Shown here: positions 1-11,171 of the stretch, in pieces | How the letters are laid out: every line of letters starts with the position of its first letter | Numbering within the stretch: position 1 is the stretch's first letter | NCBI RefSeq assembly: GCF_964204645.1 | Contig: NC_134032.1 | Span: forward strand, 5,506,275 to 5,570,274 | DNA: 64,000 bases | Direction: 5' to 3' | Source of the DNA: Tubulanus polymorphus | Taxonomy: Eukaryota > Animalia > Nemertea | Program-made: the position numbers and the translations under genes | Notes under the pieces: model-generated | The model's database searches: none | Told to the model about the DNA's origin: nothing | The model's input: only the letters and a program-made list of their open reading frames with translations

Positions 1-472
1 TGAATTCTATTATAATGTATTACAACCACTTTTTGGAGAAAAGCATATAGAAATATTATATTTTGATACTGACAGTTACATATTAAGGATAAAAACTGAT
101 AACATAACTGATGATTTAAAAACATTAAAACATCATTTTGATTTTAGTAATTATCCTAAAAATCATGAATTGTTTAGCAATGATAATAAAAAAGTTCCCG
201 GTAAATTCAAAGATGAATTAGGTGGCGAAGAAATGATTGAATTCATTGGTATTAGATCTAAAATGTATTCATATACAACTAAAGAACATGAAGCTAAAAA
301 GTTAAAAGGAATTACCAAAAGTGTAGTAGAAAAGAATATTCATTTCAAAGATTATATCAATTGTATATTCAATGAAGAAGTTAGAAAACATAAGATGAGA
401 TGTTTAAGATCTGAAGATCATGAAATGTTTATTGAAGAAATTGAAAAGATAAGTCTAAACCCATTTGATGAT
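1..472 (+). pseudogene. polB: Protein-primed family B DNA polymerase, C-terminal fragment
   Basis: YFDTDS motif C near 58-75, followed by KKVPGKFKDE...KLKGI, matching 46083-47900. Confidence 0.9.
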
Positions 473-1063
473 GAAAATATTTCAAGTATAATTCAAACTA
501 AATACAATCAAGGATTTTCATTATTATATGATTATATTGATAAATTTAAAACCGTAACTATTAATGCAAATGATGAAATAATTAATGAGAATATTAACTT
601 CCCAAGAAGATCTATTAAAGGTATATTAATATTTTTTACCATTGCAACATATTCTAATGGTGCAATACAGGTTGATAAGTATTATAATCCTGAAATAACA
701 AAAAAAGAAATAACTATCGAAGGAATAGCAAATAAAATATTTTGTCAAGGAATGAGAATGATAGATCAATGGCCAGAAATTAGAAAACATTTTATGAATG
801 AAAAGGTAAAATCATCTGAAAATTGTAACATTAATCAAATTGATTATTATACCGGTAATAAATATGCATTATGGTTAGATTTTAGAACAACAGAGGATAA
901 TTCATTACATGGTTCTGGAAAAAAATTACAAAACACTAAAGATGGAATACAATTATTCATGGCAAAGAAAAAAGGAAGTCTAAATTTCAAAATGCACATT
1001 TATATTATATCTGACGCGCAATTAAATATTGTTAATTCACAATTAGATAGTGTTATGTATTAA
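469..1063 (+). pseudogene. Major capsid protein C-terminal half, fused in frame to the PolB fragment (chimeric ORF 170..1063)
   Basis: DENISSIIQT...QLDSVMY matches the C-half of the MCP at 38856-40103; TGAT microhomology at the junction. Confidence 0.88.
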
Positions 1064-1095
1064 AATTTTAACTTTAATAAAAATTTATTATATAA

Positions 1096-1503
1096 ATGGA
1101 AGGAGGTAAAGTTTATAAACATATTCCATACATCGATACACATGAAAATAATGATGGTTTATATTATGTAATACCTTGTAATATAGCTTTGATATTTGAT
1201 CCTATTTTCAAAATTTATAAAACTAAACTAATAGAAATCGATAATAATAAAAGTGGTGTAGTTGATAATTTAAGTAATGTAATTGATAATAATGTAATAC
1301 CTACTTCATCTAATAATGTAATACCTACTACATCTAATAATGTAATACCTTCTACATCTAATAATGTAATACCTTCTACATCTAATAATGTAATACCTAC
1401 TACATCTAATAATGCAATAATATTAAATGTTAGTGAAAATAGAAATTATTGTGATTATTGTAATGGTGAATTTTCAAACGCTCCATCAAATTGGAGAATA
1501 TAA
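1096..1503 (+). pseudogene. Truncated variable Zn-finger protein (MEGGKVY family) with 8-aa NNVIP(S/T)TS repeats
   Basis: Same N-terminus as 19844-20617, 38017-38823 and 54892-55749; 24-bp tandem repeat at about 1288-1415. Confidence 0.8.
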
Positions 1504-1686
1504 GATTTCTAGTTTTATTTTATAACAAAGATAAAAAATCTATCCAACAATCATTGGAAGAAAATCAAATTATACCTACTGAGTTACATGATGAATATAT
1601 GAATAAATTAAAGAATAATAAAGGTTCAAAATTATTACTGAGATAACAATTTCCCTATGAACTATGAATATAAGTTTATAAAATAA
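1494..1686 (+). pseudogene. Packaging ATPase 3' fragment
   Basis: ENIRFLVLFYNKD...EYKFIK matches 18838-19413; internal stop. Confidence 0.85.
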
Positions 1687-1706
1687 CTATTTATATACCT
1701 ATCCAT

Positions 1707-2060
1707 CTAATACGTATTAAATACGTATTAGATACGTATTAAATACATTAATGCTTAAAACCCCATTTTTAAAATAAAAATTATTCATATAATTTTCAAC
1801 CAATTTATTTTTATTTTTTTCAACTAATATATGAATAAGTTTGAAAATAATAAAGGTTATTTATTATTAATGAGATTTCAATATAAATTTAAAAAAGAAA
1901 TATAATTTAAGGTATTTTCAAATAATATATATTAAATACGTATTGGATACGTATTAGATACGTATTAGATATGTATTAGATACCTTAAATACTTAAAACC
2001 CCCTTTTTTATTTCCTATTATTTTATACAATTTTCATCTAATATTATTATTTGAGTTAAA
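1707..2060. repeat. Inter-arm convergence region: duplicated unit of tandem 11-bp TACGTATTA(G/A)A repeats followed by AAAACCCC-T-tract
   Basis: Two related copies (about 1707-1830 and 1930-2050); homologous to 19430-19800 and 59200-59360. Confidence 0.75.
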
Positions 2061-2073
2061 TATAATTAATATC

Positions 2074-2583
2074 TTAATCACTTTCACTATCATACCCTAA
2101 CAATTTTCTCAAATTCTCTACCGAATCTTCTTCTAATTCTTCATTATTTTTATACTTATTCTTCACCCTTTTTACCGAATCTTCATAAATAATTGGTTTA
2201 TTGATATACTTATTAGTCATCTCAACTATATCTTTATTTTCTGATTTAAGTTTCATAGAATCGTTATTATCAATGCGCTTTCCTGTAACTATATCACCAT
2301 GTGGGTGCCATACGGCGCCATTTTCATTATCATCTTTCTTAGTGTTTGACCTTAATATTGTATTTACAATGCTTGATTCTAGTATTTTTTTAGCAGCAGT
2401 TAAATCTAATTCATCATTACTAGGTTCCTTAGATAAAAATTCACCTAATAAATCTTCATATAAATCTTTACCATCTACTTTTTTATTTGAAACAAACTTT
2501 GTAACATAATTAAATGGGTGTTCTATAAATTCTTTTAAACCAACACGTTCTATAACATTAATAATATGTGAATTTGTATTCAT
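2074..2583 (-). pseudogene. C-terminal part of MEGGKVY-family variable protein
   Basis: Matches the C-half of 19844-20617; 5' part removed by a deletion that joins it to MCP. Confidence 0.8.
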
Positions 2584-2587
2584 ATGA

Positions 2588-3247
2588 TTATTCAGTTACT
2601 GTGTCATATTCTAAACATATATTCGATAATTTATAACTCATATCTTTATTAACGCTAGATATTACAATTTCATTTACAGGAGCAAATGTTATTTCGAATA
2701 TAACGTCTTCTTGAATTGCGTATTTATATAAAGGTGCATTGTTATTTATCAATTCAAAGTCTAATGGAATTTTATATTTGCTTCCATATATACTTTTTAT
2801 CAATTTATCTACAGCATTAGTTAATATTGCGCTATTAGCTTCTGATCTTAATTTATTTTGGTTTTCTGATTGGATGCCTTGAAATATCATATTATTTCTA
2901 TTTTCTTTAGTTAACCATAAATCTTTATAATGCATAAATAAATTATAATCATCTAATGAGAAAACTGTTTCTGGACCAATTTTTATTGTTAATTTTTTAA
3001 TCAAATATCTTCCAACATTATCAACAACATAATTATTATTATTACCGATTACTTTTATATCAGCTGATAAATAAATACTATTTGGAACATAAAAAGTATT
3101 TTGTGTTAATCTACGAATTCTAACATATAAAGTTTCATCAGGATTAATATTAGAAGGGTTATGAGTAATTATATGATGTGATCTTTCTGCTTTAATAGCA
3201 TTAGATATTCTATGATTCTTAGAAGGATTGATATAACTCCCACTCAT
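2588..3247 (-). pseudogene. Major capsid protein, N-terminal half (truncated by deletion)
   Basis: MSGSYINPSKNHRISNAIKAERSHH... matches the N-half of 38856-40103. Confidence 0.88.
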
Positions 3248-3287
3248 TTATTTAACAAAAAAATTAATTATTTATTTTTGATCATGG

Positions 3288-4837
3288 TTACTTGATATTT
3301 TTTGATATCATATTTACTAACCCAAAAATAATAGCACTTACAACTGTAATTAAAAATAAAATAATATGTTCAGCAGCAAAGTTAATAATGTTTCCTGCAG
3401 ATTTCAATATAAAACCAACAATTGATGCAATAACTCCTGGCAATGCCGCAGCAGATTTCTTTGATAGTTCCCATAAATATTTTGCTAATTTCTTTAAACC
3501 ATCCTTAACTTTATCTTGTATAGAATTATTATCTGGAGGTTTATCTGGTTTATTGGGAGTAGGAGTAGATTTCAAAGCATTTGATATTGCTAAACCGATT
3601 GTTGTAAATAACATAGTTACAGCTGTTAGAATTGAAAGAATTGTTATTCCTTCTAATTTAAATAATAATCTTATTCTATCTTTCAATGATATTTCAGAAT
3701 TTGGTTTTATCAACAAATCTTTAAAAATAACTTTTAATCTATTAATATTATAATCATATGATTTTAATAATAATTTAATTTCTTCTTTTTGTAATTCTAT
3801 GTTATATTCTAAATCATCTTTTTCTTTTTCTAAACGTAATTCTTTTTGCCTATATTCCATTTCATCAATTGCTTGACGATCAAGATCAGACTTTATTTTT
3901 TCTATTTCTTTATTTTTATCAGTTAATTCTTTTTCTAAATTGTTAATTTTAATATCTCTTATACTTTTTTCATGCGTAATTTTATCAGCCGATTCTTGCA
4001 TACCTTTAATTTCTCTACGTGTTTGTTCAGGAAATGTTTCTAATTCTTCATCAGTTAATTTAAGAAATCCTTTTTCTAGTAAAGATTGTATTCGATTTAT
4101 TCCAGTTTCAGTACCGGGTGTGTCTAAAGCACTATTCATCTCTTCTTGAAATGAATGAACTGTATCAAACATTTTATCAAAATGTTTTACTACTTGTAAT
4201 TGATTTGAATCATTATCAATTTGTTAAATATCTCTTCTAGATGTTTCTGGTGTTGAAGATCTTAATTTATCTGATCGATCTCTATGATCTTCCATTTCTG
4301 GATCAACATCATTAGGATTTAAATTTGGATTTTTAAATGGTGAATATTTGTTAATATCAATATTCGGATTTGGTTCTTCTTCATTTATTCTATCGATTGC
4401 ATTCCATATAATTCTGATAAATTCTGAACCACATTTTGAATGTTCAATTGTAGATCTTGCTAACATTTTACATTTTCACCATTTAATTCAAGATTATAAT
4501 ACCACACATCATTTTTATATTCTAAATTATTCATGAAAAATGGATCATCTTTTAAAATTTGTTTTACAATTTCTTCTGAACCAATTTCATCTATTACATC
4601 TTTTGGTAATATTTCGTTTACAACTACACCTGTTATTTTAATTTTAATTTCATTTAATTTTTCACGTAATTCGGAATTAATTCCATCATAATCATCATCA
4701 TCTTCACCTAAATTAGTATTATATTCTGTTTTATTATCATTACTAAAACTTGTTTCACTAAAATCAGGTGGTTGTTCATCACTTATACCAGGTTCATCTA
4801 AAGGATCCAATGGAATATCTTCTCCACCTTCTGCCAT
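3288..4837 (-). pseudogene. Acidic N-terminus / coiled-coil / C-terminal TM protein upstream of MCP (fragments 4460-4837, 4224-4466, 3288-4172)
   Basis: Homologous to 40143-41873; hydrophobic C-terminal helices; stops and deletions. Confidence 0.75.
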
Positions 4838-4854
4838 TTACATAATAAAAAAAA

Positions 4855-5710
4855 TTAAAATTTAAAATATAATATTCCTCCGATTACAAATCCTATACAA
4901 GTTAAAGCTAATTTAGCATTTTCATGGGATTTCTTATCATCATTAGTTTTAATTATATCATGTTGAATAATATCAGTTTTAATATTTTCTGATGTATTGT
5001 AATCTTTTATTTTAGAATCATTATTTAATTTAATATTATTAGTTTTAGTTTCAGTTGATTGAATGTGTTTTTTATTTTTTTCACCTTCCATTAATTTTGG
5101 AGCAGTAATAATCTTTTTATTTATATCATTCAATCCAAATGAATTATTTATTGTTGCAGTTTTAATTAGATTATTATAACCAATTATATTTCCCATCTTT
5201 AATACCAAATCATTAGAAATAATAAATAGATTAGGGCCTATACAATAATTTAATCTAATATGTGTTTTATCTAAATAATTTTGATATCTTACAATGTTTT
5301 CTTGAATCGATCTATTTTTATCATTATGAATGGAATCTTCAAATAATACTTTGAATTGTTTCTGCGCATCGAATGAAGTGTTATCATTTCCAATTATTGG
5401 GGATCTTGTTTCAACTTGAGCACCTAAAATACATATCAAATAAGTTATAATAGATTGATTTATTCTTTGTATACCAGCTTTAGTAAAACCTTCACTATTT
5501 TCTAAAATGAAATTAACCCAACAATTATTATTTTGTTGTTGTATATTATTATAATATTTTGGTAATTCATTCCAATTTAGTGTTCTTATATCTGAATTTG
5601 TCATTATTTTTCCAAATTCTTTAGTATATAATATTCCTAATCCACCCATTGTTCCAATTTTTGCTCTAAAAGCTTTATTTGAATTAATATTAAATTCATT
5701 ACATATTTAT
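4855..5710 (-). pseudogene. Conserved WQNQLNF-family hypothetical protein, 3' part, with C-terminal TM anchor
   Basis: Matches the C-half of 41890-43271. Confidence 0.75.
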
Positions 5711-5739
5711 AATGTGTATATATATGTGCATATATATGT

Positions 5740-5954
5740 GTATTTCCTTTTAATCCTTCATATTCTAAGTGTATAACTAATTTATCTCCATATTTGTTAG
5801 TAACTGTATCAATATTTGTAATTAGATATTTCTTATGGATTATTAATTCTTTTAAGTTCTTAAATTTATAATCTACTGATTTGACATTTGAAGTATCTTT
5901 TATTCTATCTAGAAATGATTTGTTGTTCTCACTGTGCGCTTGTTTACTCTCCAT
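5740..5954 (-). pseudogene. Small OB-fold/SSB-like protein (MESKQ family), truncated
   Basis: Matches the N-terminus of 13975-14328; deletion with filler DNA at about 5710-5740. Confidence 0.75.
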
Positions 5955-5983
5955 TTATAATACATATTTTTATTAAAATTTGA

Positions 5984-8900
5984 TTAACACGTTAGAATTC
6001 TTTTCATTATCTCGTTCTCTTTTGTTTCTTCTCTTTTAAATTTTAAGTATTCATCTAAATTACAACCATAAGCAACTGTATGAATTCCATCATCTAAAAT
6101 ATATCTTTTATCATCAAATGGGTTTAGACTAATCTTTTCAATTTCTTCAATAAACATTTCATGATCTTCAGATCTTAAACATCTCATCTTATGTTTTCTA
6201 ACTTCTTCATTGTCGTTGAATATACAATTGATGTAATCTTTGAAATGAATATTCTTTTCTACTACACTTTTGGTTATTCCTTTTAACTTTTTAGCTTCAT
6301 GTTCTTTAGTTTTATATGAATACATTTTAGATCTAATACCTATGAACTCTATCATTTCTTCACCGCCTAATTCATCTTTGAATTAACCGGGAACTTTTTT
6401 ATTATCATTGCTAAACAATTCATGATTTTAAGGATAGTTACTGAAATCAAAATGATGTTTTAATGTTTTTAAATCATCAGTTATGTTATTAGTTTTTATC
6501 TTTAATATGTAAGAATCGGTATCAAAATATAATATTTCTATATGTTTTTCTCCAAAAAGTGGTTGTAATACATTATAATAGAATTCATACATTAGTAATT
6601 TTGATAATTCTAAAACTGAAGCGCCAACATAGATTGGTTTATTAAATTTCATTGATGTTCTTCTAATTTTAACTGCGGCTAAATTTCCATCAAATATTCT
6701 GTTACCTAAAAACTTATGAATGCATATTCATAAAATGAATTCATTCTATGAAACCATAGAATGCATTATTCATTAACTTGAAGAAATCTTTCTCGAAATC
6801 AGTTTTAGCTTCAGTTCTCTGTTTGGTGTTAAAATCTATATATTTTTCTAACCACTTAGATTGACGAAATGAAATATAACTATGTACTTTTTTTAGGATC
6901 ATTCCTGGTTTTAGATAAAACTTTAACATTCTATAATGTACTACATAATTATATTTATCTTCTTGAGTTACCATTAACTTTTCTGTATGAATATGATTTT
7001 CGGGTTTAATTCTTTTTTGGTAATTTGATAATTCTTCATGAGTTACAATATGTTCTGGACAGTAGGCTAGATTTCTAGATTTAAATTTAATATGTTCAGG
7101 ATATTCTAAATCTACAACAAAGAAGTAACCAGTATCTGAATCATCTGCAATATCTAGAATTCTTTTCTTCCAATCAAATTTATCATTATTTTCATTCTGT
7201 AAAACTTCAGTTAATTCAAATACTCCATAAGGTTGTGGTTCCATCATTCCCAACCATAGAAATTATTTGCATCTATATATAATAACTTATATCCAGGGTT
7301 ATCATTTACATTGAAATATCTATCACCTAATACACCTGAAACTCCTCCTCTTATAGATTTTTCAAATAATAATAATTGATCTATATTTGTTAACAAATCC
7401 ATTCTTATATCTGTAAATTTTAATCCACAATCCCATGTTAATCCTGGTGATGAATAACAATGACATGGATCAATATTGAAATATTTTAGGTTGACATCTC
7501 TAAACCTTTCAAATATATCGGTTAATAATAATACATCTGATTTTAGATATATATCTACTAATTGCCCATGATTTTATATTTTGAAATAATTCCAAATATT
7601 CAATGTTCTATTATATACTTCATCTTTAACATATTCATTTTTTAATTCATCATAGAATTGTTCTTTCAATAATTCAGTTATGTTAAAATCATTATGTGAT
7701 TTATAAAATGAATATGGAATTGCTCCTTTATATCTCATTAATTGAAAATCATCATTATTTGGGTAGTGTTGCTTTAATATTTTTAATTCATCATCAACTA
7801 ATGATTTTGATAAGTTATCTAATAATATTTAATATGTAGTCTATTTAATATTTAGTTTTTTCTATATGAATCTATAAATCTTAAACACCCAAATTGGAAT
7901 GATATATAAATCTCAGATGTTTTAGCTAACATTCTAAATTTATAAGTTGGTATTTTATCTTTTGATCTATTTGAATTTAATCTTTCTATTTCATTATTAA
8001 TTTCTTCTATTTTATGGCATAACTGTTTGATAAATAAATGTGCATCATATCCTGATAGATTATGAAATATAACTGGTACAAAGTTAATTTTCTTAGCTTG
8101 TAAGTTACAATTCTCATGTGCAGCGCCTCTAAATTTTCCATTCAAATGATCATGGTCTCTTACTTTTTTATCTCTAAAATTAAATATCTTTTCACAATGA
8201 TAACATTTATCTGCAACCTCAAATGCTTCTTTATCTTCTTCTGTCATTATAATTTCTATATTCTTATTTAACTTTTCATTAAATCTTATTTCATATTCAA
8301 TTAATAGGTCACAAAAATGATTGATAACATTTTCATTTCTATAATCATAATATTCACTTTCAATTAGTTCTGGATAATCAGATTTTATATATAACCCGAA
8401 AGCTGCAGCTGATTGATCAATCTTTTTTATAGTATTTGTTTTTGGTGGTTCATCTGAAAAATCATTTTCATTAGAATTTAATTTCTTTCTTTTATAATAT
8501 ATTTCTTTTCTATCTTGATCAGTTAATTCTTTATTTAATGATTCAAAATCTCCATATATAACAAATGGTACTTTATTTTTGTAATCATATTTTTTGAATT
8601 CTAATATTTTATCTTTTTCATTTGGTAAAACTAATTTACAATAATCATGATTTTCACATAATTGTATATGATTTAATAATGTACTTTCATTACTGAATCT
8701 ATGTAAACATTTTCCACAAAGATATATTTTATGGTGATCATTTTCTGATTTAAAAAATAAATCGATTTGTTTAATCCACATATGATGATTCTCATAATAT
8801 AATAATATATCTATAACATCATTTGAATCATAATCTTTTGATAGGTATAAAGGTTCTAATGTATAATGTTTTATATTGTTACCTTTTGTATTTGGTAATT

Positions 8901-9658
8901 TGATTAAATCAAATACATTTATCTTTATATTATTATCTCTCTATTTTTGGGATGTTTTTAATTATGACAGGATACTTATCTATCTTATTATTATTTTCAA
9001 ATTGTTTATAATGAGTTAATCTACAAATATTATAAGTTGCAGGATGTAAACAACTTATTATAGTCCATAGAAAACATTTATCATCTTCATTTTGTACATT
9101 TATAACAGCATTAGTTTTAAATGGTAGTTTAATATAACTCGATGCTTCAATATCTGGTTCTTTATAATATGATACATTATTTTCATCAATTGGTTTTGAT
9201 TTAGTTAACTTATTATATTTTGTGTTATAAACATGTAAAGTCATAAATATTATTTCATCAAATATTAAACCAGATCCTTCACAATATTTCTCTTCTATTT
9301 TAGTTTTTACTTCATTATAACATTTATCTAATTTATCATCGATATGTTGTTTTGAAATAATATGTTGTGAATGAGAATTTATATTATATATTGGTTTATC
9401 TTCAGATTTTATAAACTTTACTTTAGAAGATATACTAATTTTAGGATATTCAACATCTGTAATTATTCTTATTATTTCTTTCATATTTTCTAAATGTTTT
9501 TTATTTTCTTCTAATGTTTTACCTTTATGAAATTTAAACTCGATAGCTGCTGGGCCAATATCACTTTTAAATGCTTCGGTTATCTTTTTTATTATCCAAT
9601 AAATTAATATATTTTCTTACATCTTCCATGTATGGTCTTTTATTGTTTAATTTATTTG
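5984..9658 (-). pseudogene. polB: Protein-primed PolB, fragmented and 5'-truncated
   Basis: NEDDKCFLW, RDHDH...HENCNL, FHNLSGYD, KLMNNAFYG and YFDTDS motifs across ORFs 8933-9484, 7852-8781, 6741-7253, 6428-6652 and 5984-6355. Confidence 0.92.
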
Positions 9659-9764
9659 TGATTGGCTAATGTAATTTCCTAGATGGGTTGTTCTAGAATC
9701 AACATGTAATACGCAATACTCAACGTGTTGAGGCTTGTAAATTATGAGACTTGTGATTAGATAG

Positions 9765-9959
9765 AGTAATAGGGGGTTTAGTTGTTTCATATCAAAGGTT
9801 GAGAGGTTGATAAATTTTCCAAATGTTAAAATAATGATAATTTCTACTTGAATTAGGAGTGTACGCGACTAATTCAAGTAGAAATTATTGTTATTTTCAC
9901 ATTTGGAAAGTTTCTCGACCTCTCGACCATTGGTATGAAACAACTAAACCCCTATTACT
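9765..9959. mobile_element. Foldback (fully palindromic) MITE-like element
   Basis: AGTAATAGGGG...CCCCTATTACT ends; ~90-bp imperfect arms around a GAGTGTACGCGA centre. Confidence 0.75.
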
Positions 9960-10490
9960 TGAGTTATATTAGCAGGTTTAATCAGTTCAATCTCCTTATA
10001 CGTATCAGGAGTTAACTCAGCCACCACGGGGCTAGTATAATCAAACACGACTTCATAAGACTGCGATCCATTTGTCATTGCTGTGAAAACAGTTTCTTGT
10101 GAAGGATCATCAGGTCTAGGAGGAGGAGTTTTATCATAATCTCGTCTACTTAAACCGTCGCATTTGCCATTCTTCTTACCCGGTCGGTGTTCAACAGAAA
10201 AATTATATGCTTGAAGAGCCAATTCCCAACGTCCTATACGTTTATTTAGTCGGTTTTCATGAATATACGTTAAACTTTTGCTATCAGTATACACACTGAA
10301 TTCATTTCCAATCAGGTAGGGATGAAAATTCTGAATTCCTTCAATCAAAGCTAATCCTTCCTTATCACTAATATGCCATTTCTTTTCGTTTACACGTAAC
10401 GCGCGACCACCATATCCGATAACATTTTCTAAATTATTCTTTTTCTGAGACAAAACATAACCGATAGCATAGTCCGAAGAGTCAACTGAG
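9960..10490 (-). pseudogene. Ty3/Gypsy LTR retrotransposon pol fragment (RNase H domain)
   Basis: DSSDYAIGYVLSQ...KEGLAL...VYTDSKSL...RWELALQAYNFSVEHRPGKKNGKCDGLSR is a typical Gypsy RNase H. Confidence 0.88.
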
Positions 10491-10550
10491 AGACTCTCTT
10501 TCAATTGCATAGTAGAATTACTTAGTGTTTCCATATTAAATTGGTAACGA

Positions 10551-10670
10551 GGCATATTTTTTTATCACAATCAATTACAAAATCGTAGCTGCTGACATGT
10601 TCTATGATTGTAGTGAGTTTCAAGGTCATTGGTTTTTGTATATGGTCACCAGGGGGCGTTGAATATTAAA
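10551..10670 (+). mobile_element. Fragment of the same HINE family as 35620-37607
   Basis: Reverse-complement similarity to 35795-35910 (GACATGTTCTATGAT...GTGAGTTTCAAG...CACCAGGGGGCGTTGAA). Confidence 0.65.
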
Positions 10671-10724
10671 ATTGTTAGATTGTTGAGTATTGGAAACCGC
10701 TTCCCAAGTGGGCATGGTGTCCCT

Positions 10725-10915
10725 GAGTAATAGGGGTAATGGGCTTTCAGATCAAAGGACGAAGGGTCGAGCTCGTAAAAAAATGAAAATAACAATAATT
10801 TACAGTTGAATTAGTCGCGCACACTCCTAATTCAACTGTAAATTATTGTTATTTTCATTTTTTACTCACTCGCCCCTTCAACCTTTAACCTGAAAGCCCA
10901 TTACCCCTATTACTC
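10725..10915. mobile_element. Second foldback MITE-like element, related to 9765-9959, centre in opposite orientation
   Basis: GAGTAATAGGGGTAATGGGCTTTCAG...CTGAAAGCCCATTACCCCTATTACTC; centre TCGCGCACACTC. Confidence 0.75.
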
Positions 10916-11024
10916 TTAAAATATTCATATATATATATATATATAAACATAATTTACATGAATAAAATTTCAATTGACAGATTATTCAATTTAAAAGTGT
11001 AAGCTCTTATAGAATAGAGATATA

Positions 11025-11171
11025 GATATATTTACAACATTATTTCAATATTCATATTTGTGTGAGTTAGATTTTAAACATTAAAAGTGTTAGTAAAGTG
11101 TGATTGAAATAATGCATAATATAAATCATTGAACTTCTAAAATCAATTTTAATAAAAAATTTAGTATTAAA
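11025..11171 (+). repeat. Putative inner part of the terminal inverted repeat / promoter, upstream of PolB
   Basis: Highly similar ~145-bp sequence at 31089-31237 precedes the HNH gene of the other arm. Confidence 0.65.

Larger units (their letters stand above)
1..1493 (+). mobile_element. Polinton/adintovirus-like element, copy 1 (internally deleted arm-1 fragment: PolB 3' end, MCP 3' half, variable protein 5' part)
   Basis: Near-identical to the PolB, MCP and MEGGKVY genes of the other copies; joins an ATPase 3' end at about 1491-1494. Confidence 0.9.
1494..9658. mobile_element. Polinton/adintovirus-like element, copy 2 (ATPase 3' end on +, heavily deleted arm 1 on -)
   Basis: Gene order matches copies 4 and 5, with several internal deletions (about 2585, 4466, 5710, 6720). 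Confidence 0.9.

Noticed and set aside
1288-1415. 24-bp repeats (also 55410-55555) and convergence-region repeats as a CRISPR array
   Set aside because: Head-to-tail repeats without unique spacers; no cas genes; eukaryotic context
2201-2509. Antisense ORFs over MEGGKVY genes (also 20037, 38201, 38209, 54908)
   Set aside because: Low-complexity mirror translations of Asn/Asp/Lys-rich coding sequence
3292-3753. Recurrent + strand ORFs antisense to the coiled-coil/TM gene (also 21942, 40165, 56973, 22593, 40807, 57678)
   Set aside because: Shadow ORFs of the real minus-strand gene; they recur only because the gene is repeated
10916-11025. True element terminus with TSD
   Set aside because: No convincing AG-repeat terminus or matching target duplication found; the ends appear truncated
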